Below, piece by piece: positions 10,833 through 20,038 of a stretch of DNA of 64,000 nt. Source of the stretch: Candidatus Bipolaricaulota bacterium (GTDB taxonomy: Bacteria; Bipolaricaulota; Bipolaricaulia; Bipolaricaulales; Bipolaricaulaceae); the NCBI GenBank assembly GCA_938084715.1, contig CALKES010000016.1, positions 1-64,000 of the forward strand, written 5' to 3'. The translations under genes and the position numbers were made by a program. Position 1 is the stretch's first letter; each line of letters opens with the position of its first letter. Below the pieces are notes generated by a model. That model worked only from the letters and a program-made list of their open reading frames with translations. It searched no databases and had not been told where the DNA came from.

Positions 10833-11600
10833 GTGCGCCTGTTCGACACCCACGCCCACCTCGACTTCCCCCAGTTCCGGGAGGACCGGGCAGCCGTCCT
10901 CCAGAGGCTCCGCGACGAGCACGTCGCCGTCCTCAACGTGGGGGCCGACCTCCGCTCTTCGGCCGCGTCCCTGGAGCTGGCGCGGACGCACCCGTTCGTC
11001 TTCGCCGCCTGCGGGGTCCACCCCCACGACGCCAAGCTGTTCACCCCCGACGCGGAGCGGGAGCTCGAGGGCCTCCTTCGCTCGGGGGCGGTGGCGGTGG
11101 GGGAGTGCGGCCTTGATTTCTACCGGGACCTCTCCCCCCGGGACCTCCAGGTCCGGGCGTTCCGGGCCCAGCTCCGGATCGCCAGGAGGCTCGGCCTCCC
11201 GGTCATCCTCCACGAACGGGCGGCGTGGGGGACGTTCGTCCAGGTCCTGAAGGAGGAGGGCCCCTGTCGCGGGGTCGTCCACGCCTTCTCCGGCGACGAG
11301 GCGCGGGCGCGGGAGATCGTGGCCCTGGGGCTCCACCTCGGGATCGGGGGCCCCCTCACCTACCCCCAAAACGACGCCCTGCGGCAGGCGGTGAGGACCG
11401 TTCCCCTCGACCGAATCCTTCTTGAGACCGACTCTCCCTACCTCCCCCCCGAGCCGCTCCGGGGGAAGCGAAACGACCCGGGGAAGGTCCGCCTCGTGGC
11501 CGAGCGGCTCGCCACCCTGCGGGGGATGACCGTGGCCGAGCTTGCCGAGGCCACGTGGGAGAGCGCCGGCCGGCTCTTTGCGGTGTCACCTCAGTTCTAG
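10833..11600 (+). CDS. tatD: TatD family metal-dependent hydrolase
   Basis: FDTHAHLDF, GECGLDFYR, ILHERAAW, LETDSPYL are signature TatD motifs. GTG start at 10833, 6 nt after the nnr stop. Confidence 0.85.
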   Translation: MRLFDTHAHLDFPQFREDRAAVLQRLRDEHVAVLNVGADLRSSAASLELARTHPFVFAACGVHPHDAKLFTPDAERELEGLLRSGAVAVGECGLDFYRDLSPRDLQVRAFRAQLRIARRLGLPVILHERAAWGTFVQVLKEEGPCRGVVHAFSGDEARAREIVALGLHLGIGGPLTYPQNDALRQAVRTVPLDRILLETDSPYLPPEPLRGKRNDPGKVRLVAERLATLRGMTVAELAEATWESAGRLFAVSPQF

Positions 11601-11761
11601 ACGCCCTGCCCCTCGTTTTCCCAGCGCCTCGCTCCCCATCCTCCGTCCGTTGCGCCCATCCTGGGAAGGGGGAAGCTACTCAGAAGTCGCGCGACGGGAT
11701 CGCCGGCTCCGGACAGCCCCTCTTGGCAGCCGCGGCGGAGGGGAGTACCATCGCCGCGTAC

Positions 11762-11834
11762 TCCCCGGTAGCTCAGTTGGCAGAGCAGCCGGCTGTTAAC
11801 CGGCGGGCCGGAGGTTCGAGTCCTCCCCGGGGAG
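11762..11834 (+). tRNA. tRNA-Asn (anticodon GTT)
   Basis: Hand-folded: acceptor TCCCCGG/CCGGGGA, D-arm TAGCTCAGTTGGCAGAGCA, anticodon stem GCCGG/CCGGC with loop CTGTTAA, T-arm GGAGGTTCGAGTCCTCC, discriminator G. CCA is not encoded. Confidence 0.85.
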
Positions 11835-11962
11835 CTAGCTTCGGGCGGCAAAAGCTCGCAACTCTTGAACATCGCCACCAGGACGTTCAGATTGTTCCCC
11901 ACCAGTCTGAAGTCTGCTTGTCCCTTACGTGGTCATGCACACGCATGGTTATGCGACACGTT

Positions 11963-11992
11963 CAGCACAAAAGGATCAGCACCCCCAGCTGT
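11963..11992 (-). terminator. Putative intrinsic terminator downstream of panB (weak)
   Basis: On the minus strand, hairpin CAGC-tgggggt-GCTG followed by atccttttgtg. The stem is short and it lies ~35 nt past the panB stop. Confidence 0.25.
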
Positions 11993-12024
11993 AAAGCCAC
12001 AAGATCGCCACGGGCTATCTCAGA

Positions 12025-12906
12025 TCACCCAATGATGGTCGGCTTTATTCCCCCCGAAAGTTCCTGCTTCAGGTTTTCCCATTCTTCCTTAGGGATCGAG
12101 TAGGTGTGCTCGGGGGCGGGGAACTTGCCCTCCTTCACGTCCTTGATGTAGGCCTGGAACGCGGAAAGCATGACCGAGCCCACGTCGGCGTACTTCTTCA
12201 CGAACTTCGGGGTGAACGCCTCAAACAGGCCCAGGATGTCGTGGACGATGAGGAGCTGCCCATGGCAGGCGGGGCCAGAGCCAATCGAGAGGATCGGGAT
12301 CTTGGCCCGCTGGACGATGACCTCGGCGACCTTGGCCGGAATGGCCTCAAGGAGGATCGAAAACGCCCCCGCCTCCTCCAGGCACTTCGCGTCGTCGATC
12401 AGGGCCTTGGCGGTCTGGGCGCTCCGGCCCTGAGACTTGAGGCCTCCGATCGCGCTCGCGGCCTGCGGGGTGAGGCCGATGTGGCCCATCACCGGGATCC
12501 CCGCCTTCACGATCGCCTCGACCCGTTCGGCCATCCGCGCCCCGCCCTCGAGCTTCACCGCGTCTGCTCCCCCTTCGGCGATGAAGCGGCCGGCGTTGCG
12601 GATCGCGGTCTCGTTCGAGGGTTGGTAGGACATGTACGGCATGTCCCCCACCACGAACGCCCGCTCGGCGGCCCGGGAGACAGCCGCGGTGATCGTAACC
12701 ATGAAGTCCATCGTCGCCGGAAGCGTCGTCTTGTGACCCAGGAGGCACATCGCCCCCGAGTCCCCAACGAGGATCATGTCCATCCCCGCCCGGTCCTCCA
12801 GGAGCGCCGTCGGGTAGTCGTATGCCGTGAGGAACGTGATCTTTTCCCCGCGCTCCACCATCGCCCGGAGCTCAGGGATCGTGACCTTTGCGCGCTTTTC
12901 GTCCAT
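12025..12906 (-). CDS. panB: 3-methyl-2-oxobutanoate hydroxymethyltransferase PanB
   Basis: LTAYDYPTA, ILVGDSGAM, MPYMSY and AVKLEGG motifs. The ATG at 12906 is found by counting to M61 of the 353-aa track ORF, with GGAGG 5 nt upstream; the N-terminal 60 residues of the track ORF are rejected. Confidence 0.92.
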   Translation of the reverse strand: MDEKRAKVTIPELRAMVERGEKITFLTAYDYPTALLEDRAGMDMILVGDSGAMCLLGHKTTLPATMDFMVTITAAVSRAAERAFVVGDMPYMSYQPSNETAIRNAGRFIAEGGADAVKLEGGARMAERVEAIVKAGIPVMGHIGLTPQAASAIGGLKSQGRSAQTAKALIDDAKCLEEAGAFSILLEAIPAKVAEVIVQRAKIPILSIGSGPACHGQLLIVHDILGLFEAFTPKFVKKYADVGSVMLSAFQAYIKDVKEGKFPAPEHTYSIPKEEWENLKQELSGGIKPTIIG

Positions 12907-12971
12907 CGTCCCTCCTTCGCGCCCATGGTAGCGGGCCCCGGAGATCCTGGCCAGCGGGTAGGATCGGGCCG

Positions 12972-14000
12972 ATGCCCTGGCTCCACGATTCCCGCGCCCT
13001 GGCCCGCTTCCGGCGTGCGCTCCTCGCCTGGTACGGGAGGAACGCCCGGGACCTCCCCTGGCGACGGACGACCGACCCCTACGCAATCCTCGTCTCGGAG
13101 GTCCTCCTCCAGCAGACCCGGGTCGAGCAGGCGCTTGGGTACTACGCCCGGTTCATCGAGGCCTTTCCCGACTTTGCCTCCCTGGCCCGGGCCCCCGAGG
13201 AGGACGTCCTCCGGGTCTGGGCCGGGGCGGGGTACTACCGCCGGGCGCGGAACCTCCACCGCCTGGCCCAAGTCGTGGCCGAAAAGGGGCTCCCCCGCTC
13301 CTACGAGGGGCTTCTCCGGCTCCCCGGGATCGGGCCCTACACGGCGGCGGCGGTGTCCTCGATCGCATTTGGAGAGCCCGCTGCCGTGGTGGACGGAAAC
13401 GTCCGGCGCGTCCTCGCCCGGCTCTTGGCCCAGGCCGATCCGAAACCGGGTTGGCTCCGTGAGACGGCCCAGAGGCTGCTCTCCCCAGAGGACCCGGGCC
13501 GGTGGAACCAGGCCGTGATGGAGCTTGGGTCCCTTGTCTGCACCCCCAAGGTGCCGACCTGCGGGCGGTGCCCCGTGGCCTCCTTCTGCGCGGGACGGGA
13601 CGATCCGGAGAGCTATCCCCTCCCTCGGAAGCGGGCCCAGCGCCCGGTGTCCGCGGTGGCCCTCGTCCTCCGCGGGTCCAAGGGGTACGTCCTCGAGCGG
13701 CGGGATGGGCAGGCCCTCAGCGGCCTGTGGGGGTTTCCCTTCGTCGAGGGGGAGGACGGGCTTCGCTCCCTCCTTGACCGTTACGGGGTCCCACGGGCCG
13801 AGCCCCTGGGCACGGTCGAGCACGCCTTCACCCACAAGCAGCTTACGATCGCCGTCTACGAGGCGTGCTGGAGGGGACGAGGAGAAGACCCGTCTCGCCG
13901 CCCGCTGTCCGCGCTCGACCGGAAGATCCTCGCCCTGGCTCGACGCGCGATTGGCCAAGACCAGGGACAACGTGGTGTATTCGGCCCCGATGGGGCTTGA
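12972..14000 (+). CDS. mutY: A/G-specific adenine DNA glycosylase MutY
   Basis: LLAWY....RDLPWR, HhH-GPD region GIGPYTAAAVSSIAFG, 4Fe-4S loop CTPKVPTCGRCPVASFC, and a C-terminal NUDIX-like domain. Start taken at ATG 12972 (MPWLHD). Confidence 0.85.
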   Translation: MPWLHDSRALARFRRALLAWYGRNARDLPWRRTTDPYAILVSEVLLQQTRVEQALGYYARFIEAFPDFASLARAPEEDVLRVWAGAGYYRRARNLHRLAQVVAEKGLPRSYEGLLRLPGIGPYTAAAVSSIAFGEPAAVVDGNVRRVLARLLAQADPKPGWLRETAQRLLSPEDPGRWNQAVMELGSLVCTPKVPTCGRCPVASFCAGRDDPESYPLPRKRAQRPVSAVALVLRGSKGYVLERRDGQALSGLWGFPFVEGEDGLRSLLDRYGVPRAEPLGTVEHAFTHKQLTIAVYEACWRGRGEDPSRRPLSALDRKILALARRAIGQDQGQRGVFGPDGA

Positions 14001-14033
14001 GGAGTTGCTGCAGACACGGAGCGGAGGGCACGC

Positions 14034-14882
14034 ATGAAAGAGTTTCACCCCGAATTGCAGAAGAGCGAGGCCCTCACCCGGTACGTCCTGATCGACCCCG
14101 TACTCCGAGCGTTGGGTTGGAACACCAGCGATCCAGATCAAGTTCGCCCGGAGTTCCCCACCGAGACCGGAAGCCCAGACTACGGACTCCTGATCGAAGG
14201 AAAGCCGCTGGTCACGGTCGAAGCCAAGGCCCTCGGCAAGAACCTCGGTGCTGCCAAAGACTAGGGTTTCCAGTACTGCTGGCAGAACAAGGTCTCGTCC
14301 TACGTGGTCACTGATGGCAACACTTGGGAGATCCACGACCTCCGCGAAATGGGGGGAACGACGATCCTCCAGATCAGCCTCGCCGACGCATCACCCGGCC
14401 AGGTAGCGCGCTCGCTTCTTGCTCTCGGGCGGCCAGCCATGCCGGTGCTAGAAGCCCCTCCGCCTTCTCTGATCCAGTCACAGGATCTGGCGCACAGCAT
14501 CCCGGCTCAGCCTGCCACGACTCTCTCCCTCAAAGAGATCGAGGAGAGGATGGAGACCGGGCAGATACCGCCAAAATCCATTCCCCCTCGCAAAGTCATC
14601 CTACCAGACGGTTCAGAGAAGCCGACGCGAACATGGAGAGACCTCCTCCTTAAAACGGCGGAGTGGAGCCAACCCTGGGTTGGGACAAAGCTTCCCCTGA
14701 CCTGGCCAAGCACAGGACGATTGGTGGTTGCGCGGGAGGACTCCGGAATGACAGTACCTAAATCCGTCGGTTCGTACTGGGTCGAAACCAGCGTCGGAAC
14801 CCTCTATCTGGTCAAATACGCTAGACTCATCCTCGAGCGGATCGGCAAGGACCCATCCACTGTGCAGGTGGTCCTTCGCTAG
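14034..14882 (+). pseudogene. HsdR_N / PD-(D/E)xK restriction-endonuclease-like protein disrupted by an in-frame TAG at 14262-14264. It sits in a low-GC islet.
   Basis: Track ORFs 14034-14264 and 14304-14882 share one frame (both coordinates divisible by 3). Joined translation: ...PDYGLLIEGKPLVTVEAKALGKNLGAAKD*GFQYCWQNKVSSYVVTDGNTWEIH. This matches the HsdR_N pattern (PD...vEaK......a..Qa.gYa......y.ivTNG..w..y), with the stop at the conserved Gln position (CAG->TAG). Confidence 0.6.
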
Positions 14883-14969
14883 CTGCCCGGCTGGAGGAGA
14901 GACCCCTCGGGCATTGCGGCTCGACCAACTGGAAGGGAGAATCCCCCTCTCTGCCAGGGAGTGGCCTGT

Positions 14970-15446
14970 ATGAAAGTCGTTGCCGTGATTGGGCACTCGG
15001 GGTCGGGGAAGACGACGTTCCTCCGGCGGCTCATCCCCGCCCTCCTCGCCCGGGGCTACCGGGTGGGGACGGCCAAGCACGTCGGGCCGGAGGTCGAGCC
15101 GGACACCCCGGGAAAGGACACCTACCTCCACCGCCAGGCCGGGGCGGAGCGGGTCCTCCTCTACTCGGAGGTCCATGGGGCCCTGTTCTGGAACCACGAC
15201 GGGGCTCCGGTGGGGGAGTACCTCGAGCGCTACATGGGGGACCTCGACCTCGTCCTCCTCGAGGGATTCAAGGGCTCGGACTCCCCCAAGATCGAGGTCT
15301 ACCGGGGGGGCGAGCCCCTCGCGGGCCGGATCCCGGTTCTTGCCGTGATCTCGGACCGGCCGGTCCGGGTCCCGGATGGGGTCGAGGTCCTCCCCTTTGA
15401 TCCAGAGGCCGTCGCGGACTTCCTCGAAGCGGAACTCCTACCGTGA
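14970..15446 (+). CDS. mobB: Molybdopterin-guanine dinucleotide biosynthesis adapter protein MobB
   Basis: MKVVAVIGHSGSGKTTFLRRLI P-loop, and LVLLEGFK. Confidence 0.8.
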   Translation: MKVVAVIGHSGSGKTTFLRRLIPALLARGYRVGTAKHVGPEVEPDTPGKDTYLHRQAGAERVLLYSEVHGALFWNHDGAPVGEYLERYMGDLDLVLLEGFKGSDSPKIEVYRGGEPLAGRIPVLAVISDRPVRVPDGVEVLPFDPEAVADFLEAELLP

Positions 15447-16663
15447 ACTACCTCGCGCGCGTCTGGGCCTACCCCCGGGACGCCCAGCTCTTCCTCCTGA
15501 GCTCGGTCCTGGGCGGGTTCGTGGGGAGCATCCAGGGGCTTCAGTTCAACCTCTACCTCAAGGCCCTTGGGTACGGGCAGGACTTGATGGGGATCCTCGC
15601 CTCGATCCCCGCCTTCGTCACCATGGCCCTGGCCCTCCCGTTCGGGCTCGCCGTGGGAAGGCTCGGCTACCGGAAGGCAATCCTGGTCGGGATGGGGCTC
15701 CAGGCCGCGGGGTTGCTCGTCCTATGCCTTTTCCCGGAGCGGCTGCCCCTCCTTGGGTCGCGGGTCGTGGCCGGGATCGGGGGGACGCTCGCTGGGGTCG
15801 TGGGGGCCCCGTTCCTCGCCGCAGCGGTTGGAGATCGGGACCGGGCCCACCTCTTCGGCTTCCAAGCCGGGGCGAGCATCCTCTCCGGGATGGCCGGGTC
15901 GGCCCTCGGCGGGTTCCTCCCCGGGCTCCTCGCCCAGGCGTTCGACCTCGAGCCCCAGAGCGCCGCGGCCTACCAGGCCGCCCTCCTCACCACGTTTGCC
16001 CTCTACGTCCTCTCCATCGTCCCCATCGCCCTCATCCGGGCCTCGGGCCGCTCGGAGCCCCCCCACCTCCGGGACGTCCTCGCCCGCCGCTCCCTGGTCC
16101 TGCGGCTTGTTACGGTGCAGACCACGATCGGGCTCGGGGCAGGGCTCGTGATCCCCTTTGCCAACATCTTCTTCCGCCTCAAGTTCGGGGCGACCGACCC
16201 CCAGCTTGGGCTTCTGTTTGCGATCAACGCCCTCCTCATGGGCCTGGGGAGCCTCGCCGCGCCCCTGATTGCGACCCGGGTCGGCCGCGGGCGAACCGTG
16301 GTCCTCTCCCAAGGCCTGTCCCTCCCGTTCCTCCTCCTGTGGGGATTCGGGCCCACCCTCCTGTGGTCCGCCCTGGGGTACCTCATCCGGACCCCGCTCA
16401 TGAACCTCGCCGGGCCGGTGTTCTCCCTCCTCGTGATGGAGCTCTTCCCCCCGGAGATGCGGAGCGGGATGAACGGGATCCTCATGGTCTCCTGGAACGC
16501 GGGCTGGGCCCTGGGATCGTTGGCCTCGGGGTACGTCCAGGCGTCCCTCGGGTTCAACTACCTCTTCCCGAGCACGGCGGTCCTGTACTCGGCTGCGGTG
16601 TACCTCAACTGGCGGGCGTTCCGCCACCTGGGGGTGGACCGCCCGCGGAGGCCGCCCCGGTGA
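15443..16663 (+). CDS. MFS transporter
   Basis: About 12 predicted TM helices and a G-rich loop motif LPFGLAVGRLGYRKAI. The GTG start overlaps the mobB stop (GTGA). Confidence 0.8.
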   Translation: MNYLARVWAYPRDAQLFLLSSVLGGFVGSIQGLQFNLYLKALGYGQDLMGILASIPAFVTMALALPFGLAVGRLGYRKAILVGMGLQAAGLLVLCLFPERLPLLGSRVVAGIGGTLAGVVGAPFLAAAVGDRDRAHLFGFQAGASILSGMAGSALGGFLPGLLAQAFDLEPQSAAAYQAALLTTFALYVLSIVPIALIRASGRSEPPHLRDVLARRSLVLRLVTVQTTIGLGAGLVIPFANIFFRLKFGATDPQLGLLFAINALLMGLGSLAAPLIATRVGRGRTVVLSQGLSLPFLLLWGFGPTLLWSALGYLIRTPLMNLAGPVFSLLVMELFPPEMRSGMNGILMVSWNAGWALGSLASGYVQASLGFNYLFPSTAVLYSAAVYLNWRAFRHLGVDRPRRPPR

Positions 16664-17502
16664 GCCGCAAAGTCCTGGGCGCAGCGCTTGCCGCATTCGC
16701 CCTCCTCGGGGGCGCCGCCGAGCCGGAGCGCGCGATCCTGACTGGGGTCCCTCCCCTGGGCCCCTCGTGGATCCCCCGCCCGGGGGGAGGCCTCGACCCC
16801 GCGGGCTGCGGCCCCGAGGCGGCCCGGCTCCTCCTCCTCTACTACGACCGCCGGTTCGGCTACCGCCTGGTGGACGACCTCCAAGGAGCAATCGCCGAGC
16901 TCCACCGGCGGATGGGTACAGTAACCGTCACCTGGGAAGGCGTCCCCCAGGGCCTCACCTGGCCGTGGGCGTTCGCCCCCGGGCTCGCGGGCTACATCGC
17001 CGCCCGCTACCCCGGTGGAGCGACGGTCCGCAGCCTGGGCGGGAGCCTGGAGGGGGTGTTCGCCCAGGCGGTGGAGCTCCTCCTCCGGGGCGTTCCGTCC
17101 GTGATCCTCTTCGACTGGGAGGGGGAGGGCGGGATCTTCCCCAACCACTACGCCCTCGTCGTGGGCTACGACCGGGCGGCGGGGCGGAAGCAGCTCGTCC
17201 TCAACCCGGGCTGGGGGTACGACTTCCAGCTCCTGGACATGACGGATCCCTCCGTTGCCCCGGCTACCCTGTACTGGATCGAGGGGATCCGGGATCCCCC
17301 CGACGGAAGGCCGGGCCGCCCGAGCCCCCGGCCCGCCGCGGCCGGGATGTGGGAGGAGGACGAAGGAAATCGCCGGTTCCGCCCCGTCCTCCGCCTCCAC
17401 TTCGACCCCGGGAGCACGGTCCGCTGGCCCCCGGCCACCCGCCTCCTCCCCCTCATCCCGGGGGCGGACGACCTCCTCCTTGCCCTCTGGGACGCGCCCT
17501 AG
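16660..17502 (+). CDS. Secreted peptidase C39-like (papain-fold) domain protein
   Basis: The GTG at 16660 overlaps the MFS stop. Signal peptide VSRKVLGAALAAFALLGGAA. Candidate catalytic Cys in GCGPEAARLLLLYY and His in GGIFPNHYALVVGYD, as in Peptidase_C39_2. Confidence 0.5.
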   Translation: MSRKVLGAALAAFALLGGAAEPERAILTGVPPLGPSWIPRPGGGLDPAGCGPEAARLLLLYYDRRFGYRLVDDLQGAIAELHRRMGTVTVTWEGVPQGLTWPWAFAPGLAGYIAARYPGGATVRSLGGSLEGVFAQAVELLLRGVPSVILFDWEGEGGIFPNHYALVVGYDRAAGRKQLVLNPGWGYDFQLLDMTDPSVAPATLYWIEGIRDPPDGRPGRPSPRPAAAGMWEEDEGNRRFRPVLRLHFDPGSTVRWPPATRLLPLIPGADDLLLALWDAP

Positions 17503-17541
17503 CCCTTGGCCCCGCCCGGGCGGGCCGCTACAGTAGGGGCC

Positions 17542-18522
17542 ATGGCCACGCCCACGCGGAACCTCGCCCTCGAACTCGTCCGGGTGACCGAGGCCGCGGC
17601 CCTCGCCGCGGGCCGATTCATGGGCCGGGGCGATAAGGAAGGGGCCGACCGGACCGCCGTTGAAGCCATGCGGTTCATGCTCGCCAGCGTCGATATGGAC
17701 GGCGTGGTCGTGATCGGGGAGGGGGAGAAGGACGAGGCCCCCATGCTTTACCGGGGCGAGCGGGTGGGGACGGGGGCCCCACCCCCGGTGGACATCGCCG
17801 TGGACCCGATCGACGGTACGCGCCCCCTCGCTACCGGGAACCTCAACGCGATCTCCACCGTCGCCCTCGCCCCCCGGGGGACGATGTTCGACCCCGGACC
17901 GTTCGTCTACATGGACAAGATCGCCGTGGGGCCCGTGGCGAGGGGAAAGGTCGACCTCTCGGCGCCGGTCGAGGCGAACCTCCGGGCGATCGCCCGGGCG
18001 AAGGGGGACCGGGTCGAGGACCTCACCGTGATCATCCTCGACCGGCCTCGGCACGGGGAGCTCATCGCCGAGGTCCGCCGCCTCAAGGCCCGGATCCGCC
18101 TCATCCCCGACGGGGACGTGGCCGCGGCCCTCATGACCGCCTGGCCGGAGTCGGGGATCGATGTCCTCCTCGGGATCGGGGGAAGTCCCGAGGGGGTCCT
18201 CGCCGCCTGCGCTCTCCGGGCCATGGGGGGCGAGATCCAGGGCCGACTCGTCCCCCGAAGTGACGCGGAGCGCCGCCGGGGCCTGGACCTCGGGTACGAC
18301 TTCGACCGGATCCTCACCGTGGACGACCTCGTCTCCTCGGACGACGTGTGCTTCGCCGCCACGGGGATCACGGACGGGGAGCTCCTCCGGGGGGTGAAGT
18401 ACTCCGGCCGGGGGGCGACGACGGACAGCCTCGTCGTCCGGGGCCTCTCGGGGACCGTCCGCCGGATCCAGGCCGTCCACCGCCTGGCGAAGCTCAACCG
18501 GCTCTCCCCGATCCCCTACTAG
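17542..18522 (+). CDS. glpX: Class II fructose-1,6-bisphosphatase GlpX
   Basis: [41 protein letters not shown]. Confidence 0.9.
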   Translation: MATPTRNLALELVRVTEAAALAAGRFMGRGDKEGADRTAVEAMRFMLASVDMDGVVVIGEGEKDEAPMLYRGERVGTGAPPPVDIAVDPIDGTRPLATGNLNAISTVALAPRGTMFDPGPFVYMDKIAVGPVARGKVDLSAPVEANLRAIARAKGDRVEDLTVIILDRPRHGELIAEVRRLKARIRLIPDGDVAAALMTAWPESGIDVLLGIGGSPEGVLAACALRAMGGEIQGRLVPRSDAERRRGLDLGYDFDRILTVDDLVSSDDVCFAATGITDGELLRGVKYSGRGATTDSLVVRGLSGTVRRIQAVHRLAKLNRLSPIPY

Positions 18523-18926
18523 CGCCGGGTGGGGAGGCGGAGGAGGTGCCAGGAGACCCCGGCCGCCATCCCGAGGACGAGGAGCCGGAGCCACCACGCC
18601 CGGGCGATGAACGCTAGGGAGAAGGCGACCGATCCCCAGATGAGGAGGAGCGACCCCACCTTCCACGTCCAATGGAGTCCCCGGCCGTCCTCGTAGTCGC
18701 GAATCATCCGCCCAAAGAGCCGGTTCTCCCGAAGCCAGCGGTGGAGGCGGGGCGAGCTTCGGGCGAAGAGCCACGCCGCAAGGAGGAGAAACGGGGTCGC
18801 GGGCATGATCGGGAGGATCCAACCCAGGACGGCGAGGCCCACGCAGAGGAGCCCGGCGAGGACGAGGAGGCGCCGGGGGACGCCCCTAGCCCGGACGGGT
18901 GACTCCGGCAACGGACGCGATCTCAT
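18519..18926 (-). CDS. DUF454 (YbaN-like) inner-membrane protein
   Basis: [46 protein letters not shown] is the typical YbaN N-terminus. Start at ATG 18926 (M32 of the track ORF); the 41-nt overlap with the upstream glycosyltransferase makes the start uncertain. Confidence 0.5.
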   Translation of the reverse strand: MRSRPLPESPVRARGVPRRLLVLAGLLCVGLAVLGWILPIMPATPFLLLAAWLFARSSPRLHRWLRENRLFGRMIRDYEDGRGLHWTWKVGSLLLIWGSVAFSLAFIARAWWLRLLVLGMAAGVSWHLLRLPTRR

Positions 18927-20010
18927 CGGCGATCTCAAACGGGGCCTGGGGGTAGGCGATCTTCCGGGTGTTCTCCTTCCGTCGGCGGAGCTCCTCGGGC
19001 GAGGAAACCCAAGCTGCAAGGACGGCCCGCACCTCGTCCGGGGTTCGGGCGTAGACCCCAGCTTCGGCCTCGGTCACGAACCGAACGTTCGCCATCTCAT
19101 TCACCATCCCCCCCGTGAGGATCATCGGGAGCCCGAGGATCGCCGCCTCGGCGATGACGCCGGGGCCGGGCTTGCCGATGAGGACGTCGGCCCCCCGCAT
19201 GAGGAGCTCCATGTTCGTCACGAACCCGTAGATGTGGGCGGGGGAGGTCCAAGGGGCCGCCCGGAGCCGCGCCGCCGCCGCCTCGTTCCGTCCCGCGACC
19301 ACGGCGAGCTGCACGGGAAGGCCGTCCAGGGCCCGGGCAAGCCGCTCGATCCCCCCCATTCCCTCTGCCCCGCTCACCACGAGGGCGGTGGGGAGGTCGG
19401 GCCGCCAGCCGAGCTCGGCCCGGGCTTCGGCCTGGGTCTTCCCAAGAAGCGCGAACTTCGGGTGGGCCGGGTGGCCCACGAGCCGGATCTTGTCCCGAGG
19501 AACCCCGAGGGCGACCCCCCGCTCGACCGCGCTCGGGGTGGGGACCAGGAGCCGGTCGAGGCCGGGGTGGTACCAGCCGCTGTGGGGGGAGGCCATGTCC
19601 GTGATCACGGTGAGAAGCGGGACCCGCCGCCGGACCTTCCTCCGGACGGCCACGGCGTAGCCGCTGAACGCGGCGTGGAGGACAACGGCCACGTTCCATC
19701 CTTCCATCGCCTTCCGGCAGGGCCCCTTCCGAACAGCCCACGGGGGGAGCCCCCGTCGGCCGAGGCGGCTCCCGAAGAAGCGGTCCGTGAGGGCGACGAA
19801 GAGGTCGTAGGAGGGCTGGTGAAGGGCGACCCAGCGGGGGTAGATCTCCGGGGCCCAGCGGGCTGGGGGAAGGCCGCACCGCCGGAAGACGTCGAAGTAC
19901 TCGCAAGCGAACTGCCCGGGGTAGCGGTGGTCAAGGGCGGCCTCGATTGCCCGCCCGGCGGCCCGGTGGCCGCCCCCGGTGTCCGACATGAGAAATCCTA
20001 CCCGGATCAT
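18886..20010 (-). CDS. MGDG-synthase-family glycosyltransferase (UgtP-like diacylglycerol glycosyltransferase)
   Basis: N-terminal VGFLMSDTGGGHRAAGRAIEAAL (MGDG_synth N-terminal motif) and C-terminal GT-B domain. Start at ATG 20010 (M49 of the track ORF); the track's N-terminal extension reads through a tRNA and is rejected. Confidence 0.8.
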   Translation of the reverse strand: MIRVGFLMSDTGGGHRAAGRAIEAALDHRYPGQFACEYFDVFRRCGLPPARWAPEIYPRWVALHQPSYDLFVALTDRFFGSRLGRRGLPPWAVRKGPCRKAMEGWNVAVVLHAAFSGYAVAVRRKVRRRVPLLTVITDMASPHSGWYHPGLDRLLVPTPSAVERGVALGVPRDKIRLVGHPAHPKFALLGKTQAEARAELGWRPDLPTALVVSGAEGMGGIERLARALDGLPVQLAVVAGRNEAAAARLRAAPWTSPAHIYGFVTNMELLMRGADVLIGKPGPGVIAEAAILGLPMILTGGMVNEMANVRFVTEAEAGVYARTPDEVRAVLAAWVSSPEELRRRKENTRKIAYPQAPFEIADEIASVAGVTRPG

Positions 20011-20038
20011 CAAAAGCGCCGCCCCAGGCGGCGCCCCC

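Noticed and set aside
12774-14336. 520-aa minus ORF opposite mutY
   Set aside because: Antisense to a well-conserved mutY. Composition-driven open frame.
16558-18822. 754-aa minus ORF antisense to the C39-like gene and glpX
   Set aside because: Low-complexity translation opposite two genes with clear homology. No start context.
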